Origin: Camelus ferus
Taxonomy: Eukaryota
Assembly (NCBI RefSeq): GCF_009834535.1
Contig: NC_045707.1
Location: 50,780,001 to 50,844,000, forward strand
DNA: 64,000 bases
Reading direction: 5' to 3'
Part shown: in pieces, positions 23,296 to 37,416 of the stretch
Layout of the letters: each line of letters opens with the position of its first letter
Position numbering within the stretch: the stretch's first letter is position 1
Position numbers and translations under genes: made by a program
The notes under the pieces: model-generated
The model's database searches: none
What the model was told of the DNA's origin: nothing
What the model saw: the letters and a program-made list of their open reading frames with translations, nothing else

Positions 23296-26276
23296 GCTCT
23301 TAGAAGTCTGAAATCACTCAATTTTGTTTTTATCAGAAGAAACACTGATTAAAAACTCCCTGCCCTCTAGCTATGTCATTTTTTTAAGCTACCATAAGTG
23401 TAACCTGATGTACCTGCACTGCTTTTTAACTCAGCTTAGTAATAATTTGACATTGTTGTTTCAAATAGAAACTGATGCAGTTAAAGAGATCTATATGCTG
23501 TCCACAGTGTAGGCATTTTAAATAAAATTTAATTGTTTATTAGATATAAATGAAGTGAGTTTTATTATCTGACTAGCCCAGTATTTTTTCTTTCCAATGT
23601 TGTAAAGGTTTTGGTTTAAACTCAGTGCAGGGATTTACTAGCAGAGTGGCCATAAACAGGTTACTTAATCTCAGTGAGTTGTGTTTTACTCACTGGCAAA
23701 ATAGGGTATTAAGAATCACCTGGCTGATGGGAGGTCATATGAAATATTTGCAGACTGCTCATCCTATGTGTGGCCCTTAGTAGGAGTCAAGATATATGAG
23801 TCATTTCCCCCTTTAAATAACATTTACATAGAGAGTAAGGACTGATGGTCACAGGGTGATTCCTTCCCATTTTTCCCTGTAGATTGAATACCTTAAAATC
23901 TTTAAATTCTTTTATTTTAAAGTTACTGTCTGCGTTTTTATATTAAGCAATCCCCTCTAGGGTGTTCAGATTCTAAGAGCATCCTTTTAAAATAGTTTAC
24001 TCCACAAAAAGATCTGTACTGAGAGAGGGAGAAGAGTTGAGTATCTTTACGAGATTTCAGTAGACCAATTTGGACATCAAGCTGGTTTGAATTTCAATTT
24101 ACCTGGCCTGTTAAAATCTACTTTCCTGATAGTGGTTACAGAAAACAACCCACCTGCTGTTTCCTTTGCCCCTTCAAGATTACTGGACAATCACTAGAGA
24201 AGATTTTGAGTCTGTATAGGATTATTAGGTATTTTCTTTATTATGCTTAATGGTAAAATTGTTTTTGAGCAGGAATAAGTCATGTAGAATTAAATGGTTA
24301 TTCACTGACCAAGAATCTACGGTTGGTTTACTTCAAGATTATTTTTGGAGTATTTTCATTATTTTATATTATGAGATAATTTCACTGTCTCATAATATAA
24401 AATATTACATTGTTTTGTATGACCTCAGAAAACCTGAACTTGGGACTAATTACTGTACCTGGTCTTGGTAACTTGCTTTCTGGCTCTGGATAGCTGAGCC
24501 ACTTGGCTCTCTTCCAAAGCACATTTGGGCTACAAGGGAACTGCCTGCCTCGCTAGCTGGCATGCGAGATTAAATAGAAGATGAATGTTGTTTTTGGCAG
24601 CAGCTGCTGTTTTGTTCAGGGCAGTCCTAATACCATTTTGTAGGTCTGTGCATACAGAGAAGCTACACAGAGACCCCACTTACCTTTTTGACTTGGAGAA
24701 ATCTTGGAGTAATTTGGTCCCTGGCGATACATAGCTTAAATTGCTTCTCACATTCATAGAAGAGTGTTTTTTTTTTTTTTTTTTTTTTTCACATTTAGAA
24801 GATTAGAATCTTCTGGTTTTCTGAACAGCATATGTTCCCCTGATGCTCTGGGGCTGCATGCATGTTAATTTCTACCAAAGGAAAGGAGTCTGCAGCCTGA
24901 CTTCTGTGTAATAACACATGTTCAAATTAAGTAAATAGTTTGCTTTAGGGGGGCTTTGCAGCTCCTTTCTCTGGCATGTGGTTTTTTATTGTAAGGAAGG
25001 CTGTTATGCATAAGAAGAATTGATGAATGGGTGGATATTCCACTGGAGTCTGTTGAGATTGGTTCTCAACAAAAAAGAGATTTAGGTAAGACCTTGGCTT
25101 TCAGGGGCTTCAGCCTCATCTTCCTGTAAGTTTTCCCTTTTAAAGTACCTTTTCCATACTCTGCCACTATTAAAACTTGCTATATCTGTTATTCACAATT
25201 GAGTGTGAGTGTTCATCACTATACTTCCCTTTGCCAGGACTGTTTCTATTGCACGTTTTAGTGCTAACAGGGTGTATGGATTTCTCATGAGTTTTTTCAT
25301 CATATGAATCATTTGGAGGAAATTTTTAGCAATGAAGGGGTTACCGGAATTCTGTGTGTTGTGGATAATACTTGGGGACACTTTTGATGCATGCTTCTAA
25401 ATAAGAAAAGATCTAGAATTGCCAAGAATAAGATTAGTTTTATGTGTCTGTGCAATGAAAGATTATCAAGAAATGAGAGGTTATCACACAATGAGTGTGA
25501 CCTAGAGAGAGATGTTGTATGATGCTAAAACAAAGTAGCCAAAGAAAAATGTCGTATGCAGAAGCAGAGAATGTTACAGAAGCAAACAGTAAGATGATTA
25601 CCCAAACTGAAAAGATACATTTTACAGGCAGAAGTCACAAACACAGGGACATTTTGCTTCAGGTTTCTATCTCAAATAGGGTGTGTGTGCGCGCACACAC
25701 CCACACGTTTAGGCACCCGCATACCCTTGTTGGAGTTTTCAGAAGTTAGAGAAAGAGGAAAAGAGAGAAAACAAAGGTAAATATGTCGTTGATATATTGG
25801 AACACCTCCTTTAATTGGAAGTCAATTGTCTATTAACTCTAAACACAGTTGAAAGCTAATGAAATAAATTTACAAAGGCATCTGACCCCTAAATCAGCAT
25901 TAAAATACCCGTGTACTGAAGGTCAGACTCTTTGTTCATGGAAGATTGACTCTGTGGAGTCCTTCCCCAGACTGCTTTATTCAGGTGGTTGAGAAGCACT
26001 TGTTTCCCTGGTTTCCTAGACAATCAGAAACCTGTAATCCACACAACAAATGATTGCATAGCACTTGTTGGAAAAGTTTTCGTTTGATTCTCACCACCAC
26101 TCCGTGAATGGGTGAGGCAAAAATGATTCTCATTTTAGAGACTGATAAACTGCTACTCAGAGGGATTCACTGGTGTGTTTGAGGAGCTCAGAGGTTTTCT
26201 GGATCCATCTTCTGTGCCCCGCCATCATGTTACCGGTTTTCATAAGTGTGAGGCTGGCTTGCCTGCTTGCTTGCTC

Positions 26277-26432
<156 letters not shown>

Positions 26433-26704
26433 TCTCTTCCTCCCTTTTTTGCCCTTGGAAACCTTTGTTCAAACAAAATCCACTCAGAAGCATGAACAAA
26501 TAAAACAGCAAAAAACAAAAAACAAAAAACAAAAAAAAAAAAGAAGAAAAAAGCTGAGCTGCTTTGCTTGAAGCAGGTGTTGGGGGTCCAGATACCGGCA
26601 GGATGGTTTGTTTTCCTTACCAGGAACAGCTTGAACATCATGCACTGCACCATTCATTTATTAATTTATGCAGAAAGTAAGTTTATTGAGCTCTGATTTA
26701 TTTT

Positions 26705-27200
26705 TAAATTGTTGCTGTAACAAATTACCACCAATTTAGTGACTGAAAATAATACAGATTTATTATTTTATGGTTTTAGAGATTTGGAAGTCTAAAATGG
26801 GGTATATAAGCTAAAAGCAAGGTGTCAGTGGGACTGTGCCTTCCTGAAGGCTCTAAGTGAGACTGTTTCCTTGCCCCTTTTCAGCTTCTAGAAGCCACTT
26901 ACATTTCTTGACTCCTGGTCCCCTTCCTCTGTCTTAAATGCCAACACTGGCATGTCAAGTCCTTACCATATCCCATCTTTTTGACCCTCCTTCTGTCATT
27001 GCATCTCTCTGACCAGAGCTGGAAAAGGTTCTCAGTTCGTAAGGACCCATGTGATAAGATGGGGCCCAGAGAATGCAGAATAATGTCTCCACCTCAAGGT
27101 CCTCAGCTTAATCACACCTGCAAAGTACATTTTGTGTATAAGGCAAATATTCACAAATTCCAAGAATTGGGTCGTGGCCATTTTTTTGCCATTATTCATA
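26705..27200 (-). mobile_element. MaLR LTR (MLT1B/C/D-like)
   Basis: tgctgtaacaaattaccaccaatttagtgactgaaa...aaggtgtcagtgggactgtgccttcctgaaggctct...gaataatgtctccacctcaagg. Confidence 0.8.
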
Positions 27201-27459
27201 AGCCACCCATCCCCCCGACTTGGGCCATGTGTTGTGTTTACCTCTAGACTAAAGGAGGCTAGAGATAGGCATGTTAACAGTAAGAATAGGTTGCAAACAA
27301 TGACCTGACAGTATGAGAGAAATAGGTAAACTAAGACATAAACCATCAAAAACTAAAATAAAATTGTAAAAGCAGCTGTGCAAACAATTACAGTAATTTG
27401 GAGCTCCTTGGAGGAGGATGGTCACAACACATAACCAACAAGCTTGGTGGTATGACTGA

Positions 27460-27885
27460 AAAAATTGTATATATTTAAGGTGTACAGAGGGATGTTTTGA
27501 TATATGGGTACATTGTGAAATGATGACCACAATCGAATTTGCCTCTCAGTTATTCTTTCTTATGTGTGTGGTGAAAACACTTGAGATCTACCCTCTTAGC
27601 AAATTTCAAGTACACAATACCATATTATTTACTGTCATCACAATGCTGTACATTCGTTCTCCAAATCTTTCTGTAACTAAAAGTTTCTACCCTTTAATCA
27701 GTATTTCCCCTTTCTCTCTACCCCCGCCCCTCCCCAGCCTCTGGTAACTACCTTTCTATTCTACTCTTTGTCGCTATGGGTTAGACTTTTTTTTTTTTTG
27801 GCAGCGGCAGAAGGGTGGAGGAGATTCCACATAGAAGTGAGATCATATGATATTTGTCTTTCTGTGTCTGGCTTATTTCACTCAG
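27460..27885 (-). mobile_element. L1 3' end (L1MA-like), antisense
   Basis: aaattgtatatatttaaggtgtaca...ctcttagcaaatttcaagtacacaata...gagatcatatgatatttgtctttctgtgtctggcttatttcactcag. Confidence 0.85.
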
Positions 27886-28216
27886 TCTTCCCTTTATTTG
27901 ATGGACCCGAATCATCAAAGAAAAGCAAAGTTTAATATTTCTCACCACTGTTTAGGAAACCAGGGAGGTGTGTATACTATATATTAGAAAAATTTGTGCA
28001 TAGGCTAGTGCTGAAAAATTACTTTTCCATATAAAGAAGTAAGCTCCGCATTTCAGCCCTCTCCTGAGAACACTGATAGGGAGGTATCGCTACGCTCGAG
28101 CACAGTTTGCAGTACATTTCTTTCTTGACGGTCCTCCGTACTAATGTTTAGTGATGCCTGAGTGAGTGGTTTAATTTTATCAAAGGTAGATAATCTACTC
28201 CTTACTAGTAGCAAAG

Positions 28217-28409
28217 CAGTTTACCCTTGAACAACACAGGTTTGAACTACATGGGTCCACTTACAGTGGATTTTTTTTTTAACAGTGCATACTGCAGTAC
28301 CACACGGATCCAGGTTGGTTGAATCCCCAGATGCCAAGGAACCACCGACAGGGAGGGTTGATTATTAGATATACGCAGATGAACCCCTGCTTTGTTCAAG
28401 AGTCAACTA
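28217..28409. mobile_element. Tigger2/MER8-like MITE
   Basis: Terminal inverted repeats CAGTTTACCCTTGAACAA and TTGTTCAAGAGTCAACTA. Confidence 0.8.
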
Positions 28410-29379
28410 TATACACAATTAAATTACAATATCAGTTTACTGAATAGCTTTAAAATAAAGTGCTTAAAGAAGTACAAGTTCTTCAGGGATATTTGAATGT
28501 ATGACATGAACAGATTTAAGTTTAGCCCCGACCAAAGAAACTCCTATAAGTTGAGCAAAATCATCTCTTTATAAATGTTTATATATAACTGATACAAAAA
28601 AAAATTGCTGCTCTGGTGAAATTATTTTGCCAGTATTATAGAAGCCTGTTAATATATATTTTAAAACTATCAAAGAACACATATTACAAATTATGGTAAT
28701 CTGGAAAATGTAGAATTTTCAGTTGTGGCTTGGAATATGGAACAAACTTGTCTCCAATATGCTTGATTTTGAAAAAATTTTCGACGTTTTAGAGTTAGGT
28801 CATCAGACTCTTCGCCAGTGACCTAACCGCTTTCTGGGACCTCTGTGATGGTGTGGGGTGAAGGCAGTGGGACGTAGGCTTGGACAGACCTGGATTTTAT
28901 CCTGATTTCCCCACCTAGAAGTCACCAAATCTCTCTCTACCTCAGCTTCATCTTTGAAATTAGGATGTATGTAACTTAAATTTTATTTGTGGTAAGACAT
29001 AAAAATGTTTGGTAAACTGTAGATGTTCCGTAAATGGTAGCTGTTATTCATGGTATTGTTCACAGAGCACCAGCATCTGCACACTCGCATTCAGACATCC
29101 TGCCTGGTGGTACCGCACATCCTTTATTTAAAGCCAGGCCCTTTGCTTGAGAGCTGGAGCTCACCCCTTGCTGTCTAATCCAGGTCATTGTTCAAGCAGT
29201 TCCCTCCCTTCTTACCACAGTGCCAATCACACCTCCTACTGGAGTGTCCCCGTAGGCATATGTACCTCCTGGTGTATTTACCATCTTACAGATGAAACTG
29301 TGCCCCCAACCCAATTTCTGTCAGCCACCATCTCACTTTGTGTTTATTTATTTGTTCATGTATTTGTTCTCCTTTGAAG

Positions 29380-32050
29380 GACACCTCTTTAAAAGAGCTG
29401 CCTATGTTCACTGTTTCTAATTACTCACCTCTTATGCCCTCTTAAACCCTCTCCTGACTGGCCTTTTCACACAACTACTTCAATAAAGATGCTCTTGCTA
29501 ATGTCACCAGTGACCTCTGTGCTGCTCAATCCAGTGGTCAGTTCCCAGTCCTCAAACTACTTGACCTATTACGAGTATTTAATATACTTTGACCTTCTCT
29601 TTAAGGTACTTTTTTTTTAACATGACTTCCTCCTCCTCCCTTGGCTTCTCTCTCAGGCTCCTTTGTGTGTTCTGAATCTTTTGCCAGACCTCTTAAGGTT
29701 AGAACACCATAGGAGCCAGTTCTTTGTTCTTTTTTTCTATCTGCACTCCCTGCCTTGATGGTCTCATCTACTCTTTTGCTTGAAATTCCATTTCTGTATC
29801 AAAGGCTATCATATTTATATGTCCAGCTCAAATGTCCCTCCTAAATCCAAATTCCAAATATCCTGACCTAGTATCATCACTGGCATATCTCAAAGACCTT
29901 TCAAACTTACCACATCCAAAACTTCTACTTTGCTCCCCAAACCTTCTTTACTCTCAGCCATCCCCTTATCGGTTGATGGCAACACCATCCTTCCAGTTGC
30001 TCAGCCCAGAATCCTTAGAGTCGTCCTGACCCTTTCTCTCAAATTACACTCCCACTGTCAGGAAATCCTGTTGGCTTAGTCTTCAGGAGGCATCCAGAAT
30101 CTTACCACCTCTGGTCAGTGTACTACTGCAACCTTTTGTTGCTTTGATTATAGCCATAGCCCTGAATTGGTCTCTCTGTTTCGACTTATTGTCACCCTAC
30201 AGTCTGTTCTCGCCACAGCAATCAAAGTGATTTTTTTTTAAGGGAAAGAACTTATATTTAGTGCAGTTCATAGGAAAATTGAGAGGGAAGTACAGAGATT
30301 TCCCCTATGCCCCCTGCCCTGACACATGCAATAGTTTACATTAGGTTAACTCTTGGTGTTGTACAATCTATGAGTTTAGACAAATGTATTTGTCATTATG
30401 GTATCATACAGAGTATTTTCACTGCTCTAAAAATCCTGTGTTCTGTCTTATTCATCCCTCCCCCTCCAGCCCCTGGCAACCTACTGAACTTTTTACTGTT
30501 TCCATAGTTTTGCCTTTTTAGAATGTCCTAGTAGTTGGAATCAAATAGTATATAACCTTTTCAGATTGGCTTCTTCACTTAGTAATATGCACTTGTTTCC
30601 TCTGTCTTTTCATGGCTTCATAGCTCATTTCTTTTTAGTGCTGAGCAGCATTCCATTGCCCAGCTAGCCCACAGTTTATTTATCCATTCACAGTCTGAAG
30701 GGCATCCTGGTTGCTTTCAAGTGTTGGCATTTTTAAATAAGCTGCTGTAAAATCAATGTGCAGGTTTTTGTGTGGACACATGTTTTCAACTCCTTTGGGT
30801 AGATACCAAGGAGCATGATTGCTAGATCATGTGGTGACAGTATGTTTAGTTTTTTAAGAAACTGTCAGACAGTCTTTAAAACTTTTTTAAAAAATATGTT
30901 CATGTATCTCCTCTGCTCAAAATTCTGCAATGAATCTTGTTTCATTCACAGTAAAAATCAAATATCCAGATCATGGAGTACAAGACCCTACATGATTTGG
31001 CCTCTCTATTCTCTTTTACATCATCATCTTCTACTGTCCCCTGCTTTACTCTTGCTGTTCCTTAAGTAAAGCAGGTTCCTTAAATAGACCTTAGGGCCTT
31101 TGTACAAGCTTCTCTCTCTGTCCACAATACTCTCCCACAGACATCTTCATGGATACTCCCTTAGCGCCATCTAATCTCTGATAAAATATTGCCTGCTCAT
31201 GGAGGCTCCACCAAATAGCGCTCTGATTAAAATTTTAGTCTATTTCCCCATATACTACAGTCTATGGGGAGAAAGAAAGGGGTTTGCAGCCAGTACTGCG
31301 GCCTTTTCTCTGGACTCAGGGGTGCCTAGGGATTTGACCCTCTCTGTCATCCTCCTTGCAACAAGAACTCAAACAACTTAGGCGTATACCTGCACTTCAC
31401 CCAAGAGCATCCTGCCGAAGTCACTAGGTAGCAGAATAACCGCCAGCATATATTTTATTGTCCAGATGGTTACCGGTGGGAGGTAGCTGTGATGGGGAGC
31501 AAAGGCGGCTCATGGTACCCCCGAAGGGGCTACTTGACTAGCAAGGTACAAGCCCAAGAAGAGGTCCTGCCCACCCCATGTCATGTGTCATTGCTATGCA
31601 CACCCCAAGGGTGCAGTGGGCATTTGGGACATCCTGGGAGTTGTGAGCTCTGCTCTGCTGGTGCTGTGCATGACTTTTTGTCACCTCTCCTGTATCCTTT
31701 CTTAAAGCCCAGTAATACCCTTGGAGCTGGGCGAAGCCTCGATGCCTCATGAGTGTGATTGTCAACTTGAACCCAAGACCATGCTGGGAGAGCAGAGCAG
31801 GCATGATAATCCCAATCCCCTCTGCCATGGTCTAATTTTTCTTTTCACAGTACACCCCTGGCATAGTCTTTAATTTGGTTACTTATTATATTTATTGATT
31901 GTGGTCTGCCTTCCCTCACTAAGTAAGCTTCATGAGGGTAAGGAGTTTTGCTTCTCTACTAATATATCCCAAGCATCTGGAACAATGGCATACGTTAACA
32001 TTAGGTGCTTAATAAATATGTGCTGAATGAATGAGTGAGTGAACAAATGT
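29380..32050. mobile_element. Long L2 element interrupted by two later insertions (about 30235-30880 and about 31250-31830)
   Basis: L2 phrases at 29500 (gtcaccagtgacctc...tccagtggtcagttcccagtcctc), 29980 (caccatccttccagttgctcagccc) and 31090 (agggcctttgtac), and a 3' end gcttaataaatatgtgctgaatgaatgagtga at about 32010-32040. Confidence 0.7.
30235..30880 (-). mobile_element. L1 3' region (L1MC-like), antisense, nested in L2
   Basis: gtttacattaggttaactcttggtgttgtacaatctatgag...ttttcagattggcttcttcacttagtaatatgc...ttcaactcctttgggtagataccaaggagc. Confidence 0.8.
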
Positions 32051-32119
32051 TTGTGTAGTGTTATTTCAATATCAGGCATAAGGCATGGTAAAGAGAAGTC
32101 AACAGAATTTCTGCCTTTA

Positions 32120-32470
32120 TAAATTTTTCTTCCAGTTTTATTGAGATAAAATTGGCATACTGCACTGTGTAAGTTTAAGGTGGACAACATGATTTGAATT
32201 ACATATATCATACAGTGATTACCACATTAAGTTTAGTGAACATTTTTTTTTATCTCAGATAGATATAAAATTAAAGAAATAGAAAAAAAACTTCCTTATA
32301 ATGAGGACTCTTAGGATTTACTCTCTTAACAACTTTCTCATATACAATACAGCAGGGTTAATTATATTTACCACATAGTACATTACGTCTCTAGTACTTA
32401 TTTATCAGATAACTGGAAGTTTGTACCTTTTGACCACTTTCATCCAACTCCCCCTCCTCCATACCCATGC
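32120..32470 (-). mobile_element. Truncated L1 3' end, antisense
   Basis: ttttattgagataaaattggcatactgcactgtgtaagtttaaggtg...ggatttactctcttaacaacttt...aactggaagtttgtaccttttgacc. Confidence 0.8.
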
Positions 32471-34337
32471 CTTTATATTTCTTAGAGCCTACAATATGAA
32501 TATGGTTACTAGTGAGATTAGTCATTTACAGAGATTCTTAGGGAGGATTCCCCAACCATATCATGAAAGAGAGTCTTAGAGAAATATATTTCAAGAGTGA
32601 GGATTAGTTCTTAGCAATGCCAATAGAAAAGAAAGCTTGACTTTAATCAATTGTATTTATATACAAAAAGGGAGATTAAGTTATTAGAGAAAATTTTATG
32701 TGTTGGGATTGTCCAAAAAGAAGAATTCCCCAAACAGAAATTATTTACACAACTTAGTTTTCATTTCCATCCAAGGGAGATGGTGCTGTGAAGAGTTTGA
32801 CCCCATTGTGCTAATAGTGGCCTTAACAAAGTTAAGCAGGATTACAGCTAAAATACATAGATCACAATGGTAAAACAATGAAGGGGTTTGTATTTTATTA
32901 ACAAGCCATGATTACCTATGTAGGTAGCCTTGTAGTCTTAGAAATTTTAGTAAATGGTAATTGTCACTTGGTCTAGTGTGACATCTAGTTAACTTGTGGA
33001 TATTGATTGAAAATAGTAATCCAGTTCCTTTCAATACATGGCTAACTACATAAAGAGGAATGATTTCTAGCCATGTGCAGATAAGCTTTCGTGTAATTGT
33101 AAGATGCCACAGACAAATGTGAACTCATAAAAGAACTCTCACATTTTAAAGGTATCTTTACAGCTCCATCCATGCCTTTGCTCATGCTGTTTATTTTTCC
33201 TAGAATGCCACCCCTTCCTTGTCAACTCTTATACATTCTTCCTTTGTCCTCCAAAATCCAGCCAGAGTTACTGCATTTTCTCTCTGGCTTTTCTTGGCAC
33301 TGTCTTTCTGCCACGGGTTCTCCACCTTAAGGTTAATTGATTAATTGCTTCTTCCTCTGTTGTTCCCAAAGTATTTACCATGGGGTGTGGGTGTTCATTT
33401 ATTTACCTACTTCTGAGATTCAGGCGTGTCTTATCACCTTTGTTTCTCTAGTGCCTGGCTCAGTCCTAGTCTCATAATATGAGCTCAATAAATAAGTATT
33501 GAATTTGAAGCATTTGACTCTTTTTACCTTGGTCATGGATTCATGCAGCAAATATTTATTAGGAGCTTTTTTAGATGCAAAGTGTTGTGAAAATAACTGA
33601 AAAAAAAAATCAGATGCCCAAATTTTAAAAAACCTAAAATATAATGTAATAAGAAAAATTAAGTCATGCATGAAAGTAACTAATGTACAGTTGAAAGTTA
33701 TTTTCAAAGAGGTAGAGGTGTGTGTGAGAGAGATTCATACTATGGTTCAAGAATGTTTTCCTTTTGACTAAGGAAATACTTTTTCCTTATCAAATGGCTA
33801 AAAAGCTGTGATTCAAAACAGGGATTCTTTTGATGCCTCACAACTTAGGTTAAATTCTGATCGAGATCTAAAAATCTCTCTCTCCTCACTTTAACTTGTA
33901 GCACTGTTAGAGACTATTATATTAGAGCATTGCTCTGGGTTCTGCTGCTACTTGCCAAACAGTCTACATTTAAAGTAGACAAAGTTTCTCTTGGTGCCTT
34001 AAGGTATGAATTTTATGCATTCCCTAGTTTTTAGAAAACACCTTAAGTGATAAATCCTTTACACGTTGCTACAAGTTCATTCCTAATTGCCATTAGGGAA
34101 TTGGCTGTAGAAAGCTTTTGATAAACGTTAACAATGTCATTGAAATAAAAAAACTAAGCCATATTTTAACAGAATTTTTTTAACGTGGTCAACATAGTTT
34201 GAATGCTCAGCATCTAAATGTATTTAAGCCAGTATATATGTAATAGATTACCTTTTCCACATTAAGAAAGAAGATGTTAGTAGTTCGAGTGAGTACAGGT
34301 TTTCACTGATGATCACCCACGTTTCTTCTGTTTTCAG

Positions 34338-34451
34338 ACTTGGATTATCACTTGCATTTATCTTCAACTGTTCCTATTTAATCCTCTCGTCAAAACTCAA
34401 GGGATCTGCAGGAACCGTGTAACTGATGATGTGAAAGACGTTACAAAATTG
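34338..34451 (+). CDS. KITLG: KITLG exon 2 ([38 protein letters not shown]): rest of the signal peptide and mature N-terminus including Cys4
   Basis: Acceptor ttcttctgttttcag, 114 nt, donor gtaagt. The translation matches SCF. Confidence 0.97.
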
Positions 34452-37170
34452 GTAAGTAAGGAATGTTTTCACTTGCTGTGATTCTTTTTTCTTGTGCTTT
34501 TTGGAAAGAGATTTCCTTTTTTCTTGCCCTAAATCAGTCTTTTTCTAAGACAAGGAGAGAAGTCACTGAATTTTTCTAAAGGGCTTATGGAAAGCAGGTA
34601 GGGAGACATTTAGGGTCATGGAACGTCTTGGTAAAACTGGCCCACTGCACACCACCGAAGTGATTTTGTTTCTTTGCTGGTCTTTTCATCTCATTCATAG
34701 GCAGTGAAGGACACTGGCGAGTTCTTCGTCTGCTGATGTCCCAGCACTAGCTTGCTCCTCATTATCTCCCTAGTGGCCTCCTCAGCGTGTTTTATTTCCC
34801 CTCCACATGCCTCCCTGCTCTTCTCTAACAAGCCTAACCAAAGGGGATCGGAGATGGCCATTCTCCCCTATCCAACAGCTTGAAGACTCTGTCACATGTG
34901 GGTGGGTGTTTGCTCCCTCACTGAACATAGTAGGAATCATCTGTTGCCCGAAGGTTGGCCAGACTCATCGCCCACCTCCATCACTGGAACTCGGCCAAAG
35001 CCATTCCACGCTGGTGCTGCTTGGTCCCTGCCGGCTTCGTGCCATGCTTCTAACATGTAGACGGCAGAGAGGGAGCACTTCATACAGCTTCTGAAATGCA
35101 TTCTTCCCAACTCTCACAGTCTAGAGGTGATTTTACATGCTCACTTGAGCTACAGTGTGGGGTTTCAGGATGAACAAAGTTTGAGAAGCATTTTTGTAAG
35201 TTCCTGGTTCAAAAGAGCCAAGTGGTATGCAGTTATTTGAATATTATCTTAAAGAACAGAGGTAATGTGAGAATAGGAAAGAAATGAGGGTTGTACTATG
35301 TAGAAAAGAAAGAAAAGTGTATTTGAGAAATTTACCTTCCCTCCCTTGATACACATTTCCTGGATTGTATGTTTTATTTGAATTTCATAGCTGAACTTCA
35401 AAACAGAAGTTCAGTGCTACCATCTCTTGCTAGCTTAGCCCCAATGCAGACTTAAGAACACAAGCACACATGCACAATTTATTCAGATTCCTTAGAAAGA
35501 AACCCACAAGGGCCAAGTATTCTCTGGTGCAGCATCTGAAAATGTATCAACATGTTTTATTTGAGGAGCTGGTGACTAAAGCAATGCAACATTTACCTAC
35601 TATATGAACAGCTAGATATTGAGTATAGGGATAGGAGTCCAGGGGAAGTATTTGGGAAGTTTTTTTTTAAACATAGATCACATCCTTTTCCTCAGGTTGC
35701 TTGACAAGTTTTTGACCCAAGAAACTATATTAAAAAGAAAATATGTTTATTTTCACAAGCTTGCATCGGTAGAAGGCTCTCATTAGATGTTTGTTCAATG
35801 AATGAGGTAATGACATGCACCACTCTAGTGAGTGAACATCATGATCACCTGCAGCCCTTGTTAAACTCACAGGTGTCTGAGCCCCACTGACGCACTAAGT
35901 CTGCAGAAGGGCTCTAGGCATCTACATTTTAAAGATATCTCTGAAAGGAGGTTTATGAACTATTGCTCTGGGTGGTCTATTCTGTCATAGTCTAGAGACC
36001 AAAGTGCCTTGACCCTAATTTAATCTCCATTTTTATTATGACTGGTTTTATCTGTGTTGTATAGATTTATATTAATGTTCGATTAATACAAGTCTCCAAG
36101 ATAATGCTTAAAGTAGGTCACAACTGGGAAATGACAGCTCTCGTGAGGTTGCTGGTATAACTGCAGAGCTGAGAATGAGCAGGGGAGGTCTGCAGCAGTC
36201 CTAGAGATCAGACTTCAAATATGTGGGCAAGAATCACAGTTGAAAGATGATGGTGTGTCTGACCACAGACTGAGCATATCCAAGATTAAAATGGCATTTA
36301 AGAAAAATTACTTGGAATCATTATTTTTTGCTAAGTGTTTGAGGAATGCTATTTAATAAGCACCACTTCCTGTGAAATGTCAAACCGGTATTTTCAAGTG
36401 GCATAAGTAGAAGCACCTTCCAAGATTTTCCATTCTTGTTTTTAGCCATCTGCTTATTTTCTGCCTCTTACCTATCAGTTGATACAATGAAAAAATCGCA
36501 AGAAGCATTGAGAAAGAAGTGCCTGGAAAGAGATACTTACTAACACTAAACTATAATTCCTTCCCCCAAGGGCAAATGTAAAACCACTAAACTGAAAAAA
36601 AAAAGTCTTCTTTTTCCCTCCCTTCCAACAACTGACTTTGGGGAGAAATTTTCAATTTCAAGAGTTGATCTAAATGAAATGAGTGTGTTTACTTTGGATT
36701 ATTGAAAAAAAATCAAGTTAATAATAATAAAAAAAGAGGACTCAGATCACTTCAGATTGAATAAAGACCTACTTAAAGCACAGCCTGTATCTCATGAAGT
36801 TGGAAATTGAAAGATATAAAGTAATCCCTGGTCTCAGAATGTTTATAACCTAGTTTCAAAGATAAGCCATCTCTATGAATATGTAAATGTAGACCATTAA
36901 TGCCACAACAACAACTCATAAATGAATGCCGTTTAAAAGATTTTACGGCATAACATAGGACCCAACTTGTGCTAATATACTGGTTAAGAGAATGGGGTTT
37001 AGAATCTGGCAGACCTGCTCTTTGACCTTGGATAAGTAATGACCTTGGATAAGTTCCTACTTTCCCAATTTTGTGGTATAGATTAAATAAGAGAATGTGT
37101 ATATAAATATTTTACCACAGTTAGTGTCTCTATGCCACTGTTTCCTCATCTTTATAATAGATCATTAGTA

Positions 37171-37416
37171 CAGCTGACCTTTGAACAACATGAGGGTGAG
37201 GGGAGCCCGTCTTTTGGCAGTGGGAACTCTAACAACTTATACTTGTTCCTCTATAGAAGAGGGTCCCCCATAGCCGTGGTTCTGCATCTGCAGATTCACC
37301 GAACTATGCATCGATCAGGGATCGATCGTGTAGTACTGCAGTGTTTACTATCGACAAAAAATCCGGGTATTATTGGACCCACGCAGTTCGAACCTGTGTT
37401 GTTCAAGGGTCAGCTG
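37171..37416. mobile_element. Complete Tigger2/MER8-like MITE with TA target-site duplications, inserted in a MIR
   Basis: TA|CAGCTGACCTTTGAACAACA ... TGTTGTTCAAGGGTCAGCTG|TA, a 19/20 inverted-repeat match. MIR sequence lies on both sides. Confidence 0.9.
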
